Shown piece after piece: positions 7,113 through 10,024 of a stretch of 10,024 nt of DNA. The position numbers and the translations under genes were made by a program. The notes beneath the pieces were generated by a model. That model was not told the DNA's origin, did not search any database, and worked only from the letters and a program-made list of their open reading frames with translations. Location of the stretch: IMG/VR virus record IMGVR_UViG_2671180864_000013. The stretch is one strand, 5' to 3'. The stretch comes from a virus. Lineage: Duplodnaviria; Heunggongvirae; Uroviricota; Caudoviricetes. Every line of letters starts with the position of its first letter. Position 1 is the first letter of the stretch.

Positions 7113-7308
7113 GGCACCCCCCCTGACGAATACGGGCGGCGAATACCATCACGCAGCCAGCCGGGGATTGCTGGCGTGCTTCCTGTTCGCTGCTGGCCTC
7201 AATGGTAATCACGCGCGGTTGTGCCGTGCTCAGGGCGATAAAACGCCAGATGTATTTATTCAGGTTGTACGAGTCCCGCCCTTGCGGGTGTATGGTATGA
7301 TTTCTCAT
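7105..7308 (-). CDS. Hypothetical small protein (67 aa), first gene of the leftward operon
   Basis: Start taken at the internal ATG (7306-7308) with a GAGG RBS. The track ORF begins at a TTG at 7398, only 9 bp from the operator palindrome and without a clean RBS, so that extension is less likely. Confidence 0.4.
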   Translation of the reverse strand: MRNHTIHPQGRDSYNLNKYIWRFIALSTAQPRVITIEASSEQEARQQSPAGCVMVFAARIRQGGCHA

Positions 7309-7406
7309 AGCTGCCTCGATACTCTCGTTATCGTTGGTGGTTAGACGCCCCGTATGTGTTTCCGGCACTGCGGGGCGTTGCTCTTTGTATTTCAACAATC
7401 CTTTCG

Positions 7407-7484
7407 GTGTGTTTCATGTTATGAGCGCATGAAACACACGTCAAGGCTTTTTGTATTTCTTTTTTTGTGTATACTGAAACACAC
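7407..7484. promoter_or_regulatory. Divergent promoter/operator switch
   Basis: 12-bp inverted repeat GTGTGTTTCATG (7407-7418) / CATGAAACACAC (7428-7439) with a 9-bp spacer, plus a third GAAACACAC half-site (7476-7484). Leftward sigma70-like promoter TTGACG (7444-7439)-N17-TAACAT (7421-7416) is overlapped by the palindrome. Rightward -10 TATACT (7470-7475) abuts the third half-site. Confidence 0.55.
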
Positions 7485-7505
7485 CGATGATTAGGAGTTT
7501 CAGAA

Positions 7506-7811
7506 ATGGCAACGGCTAACAAAAACGCAAAATCACAACTGACAACTGTCAGAGTCCCACTAGATGTTATGCAAGGGATGGAATCCGTTAAGCTGGACGG
7601 CGAAAGCAATGCCGGATTTATCGTAACCGCCATGCGCGGAGAAATAGCCCGCCGCCAAGCAGAAGGCAGCGGAGAAAATCCCCTTGTGTCGTCACTGGAT
7701 GCCCTGGCTAAGGTCGAACAAATCGGCATCAAAGCAGCGGAAGAAATCGGGCAGCTTGTCACCGTTGCACGCGAAGAACTCCAGCGTCGCAAGACCAAAG
7801 AACCAGAGTAA
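7506..7811 (+). CDS. Putative ribbon-helix-helix (CopG/Arc-like) DNA-binding regulator, 101 aa
   Basis: AGGAG RBS (7493-7497) 8 nt before the ATG. N-terminus fits the RHH pattern (TTVRVPLDVMQGMESVKLDGESNAGFIVTAM). Codon usage looks coding; the opposite-strand 272-aa ORF looks like an antisense artefact. Confidence 0.55.
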   Translation: MATANKNAKSQLTTVRVPLDVMQGMESVKLDGESNAGFIVTAMRGEIARRQAEGSGENPLVSSLDALAKVEQIGIKAAEEIGQLVTVAREELQRRKTKEPE

Positions 7812-7868
7812 TCACCATCAGCGCCGTGGTGTAAGGTATTACGGCGCATTGCTATGCAGGACAACACA

Positions 7869-8042
7869 ATGACCGATAAAGAATTGACCAAAACATTATC
7901 ACCGGCACGGAAAAGACGGCGCAGAAAGATAGAGCATGAATCAGAAAGATTCGCGCCATGTGCTTTTGCTCTTGAGAAATTCCTTAAAGAGCACAGGAAA
8001 AAGCTCTCGTTGCAAACCTTGGAACGAACAAAATCTGACTGA
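7869..8042 (+). CDS. Hypothetical small basic protein (57 aa)
   Basis: ATG at 7869 with AGGA 7 nt upstream (the track ORF starts at 7854). Lys/Arg-rich (RKRRRRK). Followed by a plus-strand terminator. Confidence 0.3.
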   Translation: MTDKELTKTLSPARKRRRRKIEHESERFAPCAFALEKFLKEHRKKLSLQTLERTKSD

Positions 8043-8109
8043 TCACATTGCCCACCAGCCGCAAATGTGGCATTGTTGGTGATGCGTTCAAGTTTAGTGT
8101 GTATCCATT

Positions 8110-8137
8110 GGCGACCGCCCCCGGTCGTCTTTGTTTT
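8110..8137 (+). terminator. Intrinsic terminator of the plus-strand unit, convergent with alpA
   Basis: Stem 8110-8116 / 8123-8129 (GC-rich, one G-U wobble), 6-nt loop, then TTTGTTTT (8130-8137). Confidence 0.5.
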
Positions 8138-8156
8138 ATATGTCATATGCTCCCCT

Positions 8157-8366
8157 TTACGCTGCCTTACCTGAATTAATGCGATCCCGGCTTTTAACCC
8201 ATTCCATAACCTCGGACAGCAGCCAACCTACAGAACGCCCACCAAGATTACGGCGAGACGGAAAGCTCCCTTTTTTCTCCAGTTCGTAGCGTGTAGTGCG
8301 ACACACTCCAGTTAACTTACGACATTCATCCTCACGGATTACGCGATCTTCATTTATTTCACGCAT
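8157..8366 (-). CDS. alpA: AlpA-family (prophage CP4-57 regulatory protein-like) transcriptional regulator, 69 aa
   Basis: The segment RVIREDECRKLTGVCRTTRYELEKKGSFPSRRNLGGRSVGWLLSEVMEWVKSR parallels E. coli AlpA by eye. Start uncertain: ATG at 8364-8366 gives typical AlpA length but has no RBS; the GTG at 8451-8453 has an AAGAGG directly upstream and gives 98 aa. Confidence 0.75.
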   Translation of the reverse strand: MREINEDRVIREDECRKLTGVCRTTRYELEKKGSFPSRRNLGGRSVGWLLSEVMEWVKSRDRINSGKAA

Positions 8367-8785
8367 ACAAAAACCTACATAAAAATTACGTATATAAACT
8401 TTTCTCTTAGCTGTAGATATATGAGATCGGATATTACTTAGATTCTTTTTCACCTCTTAAATTAAAAACACAACCATACTAAAGGCTTTGTTCGCTAAGG
8501 TTCGTAGAAGCTCGTTAGTGTTTAAAATCGTGTCACGAGTTTTTAAGCGACGCAACAAAAAATGTCGTCATTTGGCATGTCACCTGAATTACCTCATTAA
8601 AAACAAATAGATAAACCATCAGGTGTTGGAACAATCAAGAAACAGAGAATAAGAACTCAGAAGAAGACATTTCAATTTTTTTCGATAGTTGACACATATA
8701 AAGAGAAGATATTTGCAGATATTCCCCGATATTCTAAGATCTATTCACGGCTGTAATCTCTTAAAGAAAAAACAGCCGTAATTTG

Positions 8786-10024
8786 TCAAGAATTTTGGGG
8801 GTAAATTCGCGGGGTCATAACAACGATTTTTTCATCATTGTTCTGGAGAAGCTCGAGACGGTCTACCCATAGATTAAGAGCGTCACGCTTTGCATCGAGA
8901 TAACGGGAGTGGTTATAGACGCGTTGCATTCCTGGCATCTGGTGGGCAGTAAGCTGTTCGACAATATGCGGATCCACGCCTAAATCGTTCAGCATGGTTG
9001 TAAATGTGTGCCGGATGTCGTGCAACGACCAGGGGGTTTGATTAATGCGTCTGTGTGCCGTTCTTCCGTACTCTGCTACGGATGATTGCCCTTTCAGTTC
9101 TCCAAGCAATAAGCCCGTGTGCCTGTTCTGCTCCACCAGCTTCATGACGAACGGCAAGATCGCTTCCGGTATTGGCCTGAATATTGCTACCTTCGTTTTG
9201 CTGTGTTCTTTCGGCACAGTCCAGAGCATTTCTTTAAAATCCCATTCCCGAACCTCGGAGCGTCTTAGCTCAGTGGTACGGCATCCGAAGACAATCAGAA
9301 GGCGAATTAAAGCGCTGTAGTACGGCGGGAAAATTTTTTCATCCAGTGCGCGGAGTAGCTCGCCAAGCTCCTTGTTTGTTAGCACTCGCTCGCTTATTTC
9401 TGCTTTTTTTCCCACATCACCTACGACCATATCATCAAGAACGTTACTGACGGCGTAGCGACGTTTACGGCAGTACTTAAGCGCCTGTTTGCATACCTGC
9501 AACAAAAAGCCGGCTGATACCGGATTACGCTTAGCAAGCTGGTCAAAACAGGCCAGCCAGTGGCGTAGCTCGCATTTATCCAGCGGCATAGCACCAATCT
9601 GGCTGATTATGTGCTTATTGATACGGCTTTTCAGTGATTCGTGGTCAGTGCGCTTTTCCTTCGCATACGACTCAAGCCAGTAAGTGAGCGCGTCCTTAAC
9701 CGTCACAGGGGCTAACGCTTCCTGCACTGTGTGATTAAGCTCATGGCGTGGATTTTTCCCCTCCGCCAGCCAGGCGCGACACTGTGCCGCTTTTTCCCTG
9801 GCTGCTTTCAGGCTCAGATCGGGATAGTTGCCCAGTCTCAGGCGTTCCGGTGATACCTGCCTGCCAGTTCCGGCCCTGTAAGTGAAATACCAGGTTAACA
9901 GGCCGCTGGTGGAATGTCTTACGCTAAGATTGCCACCGTCATTAAAAAAGGCGTTTTTTGTGGTTGGTGATCCGCTTAATTTTCGTAAAAGAGTGTCGCT
10001 AAGTCTATGAATTGCGCTGCTCAT
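8786..10024 (-). CDS. int: Tyrosine recombinase / integrase, P4-like, 412 aa
   Basis: N-terminal arm-binding-like region (FNDGGNLSVRH ... WYFTYR ... LGNYPDLSLKAAREKA) and C-terminal catalytic region with HDIRHT and downstream Tyr. The ATG is at the window edge, so a longer N-terminus cannot be excluded. Confidence 0.9.
   Translation of the reverse strand: MSSAIHRLSDTLLRKLSGSPTTKNAFFNDGGNLSVRHSTSGLLTWYFTYRAGTGRQVSPERLRLGNYPDLSLKAAREKAAQCRAWLAEGKNPRHELNHTVQEALAPVTVKDALTYWLESYAKEKRTDHESLKSRINKHIISQIGAMPLDKCELRHWLACFDQLAKRNPVSAGFLLQVCKQALKYCRKRRYAVSNVLDDMVVGDVGKKAEISERVLTNKELGELLRALDEKIFPPYYSALIRLLIVFGCRTTELRRSEVREWDFKEMLWTVPKEHSKTKVAIFRPIPEAILPFVMKLVEQNRHTGLLLGELKGQSSVAEYGRTAHRRINQTPWSLHDIRHTFTTMLNDLGVDPHIVEQLTAHQMPGMQRVYNHSRYLDAKRDALNLWVDRLELLQNNDEKIVVMTPRIYPQNS

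Larger units (their letters stand above)
1..10024 (-). mobile_element. Segment of an integrative phage-satellite-like element (PICI / P4-like); boundaries and att sites not in window
   Basis: Co-oriented integrase followed by AlpA-like gene, primase-helicase with adjacent iteron origin, SSB, and a capsid gene without terminase or portal in the window. Nearly all genes on the minus strand with ATGA stop/start overlaps. Confidence 0.6.

Noticed and set aside
7105-7398. Longer 97-aa version of the first leftward ORF starting at a TTG at 7398
   Set aside because: The TTG lies 9 bp from the operator palindrome, inside the likely 5' leader, without a well-spaced RBS; the internal ATG at 7308 has a GAGG RBS. 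Retained only as an alternative start.
7328-8146. 272-aa minus-strand ORF spanning the regulatory switch and the plus-strand genes
   Set aside because: Ser/Arg/Cys-rich low-complexity translation typical of an antisense frame; it runs through the operator palindrome and promoters; the opposite strand has an RBS-preceded ORF with normal composition.

Overview
The window is a minus-strand-transcribed integrative phage-satellite-like element (PICI / P4-like architecture); its ends are not in the window. Reading right to left: a P4-type tyrosine integrase (8786-10024), an AlpA-family regulator (8157-8366), a divergent regulatory switch (7399-7505) with a palindromic operator and a plus-strand ribbon-helix-helix-like gene (7506-7811), three small translationally coupled ORFs, a primase/SF3-helicase gene (4699-6489), an iteron-type origin built from TGTTCACC octamers (4430-4657), a small ORF coupled to an SSB gene (3720-4384), and a small ORF coupled to a fused ClpP-like protease / HK97-like major capsid gene (1180-3251). 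Left of that lie an orphan ORF (640-921) and a repeat- and hairpin-rich non-coding region (1-640). All calls rest on reading the ORF translations and the sequence by eye; no database search or folding was run, so family assignments are recognition-based. Features most worth follow-up: the operator/promoter switch, an ~80-bp repeat carrying an intrinsic terminator downstream of two operons, the origin iterons, the uncharacterised small ORFs upstream of the primase, and the structured left-end region.
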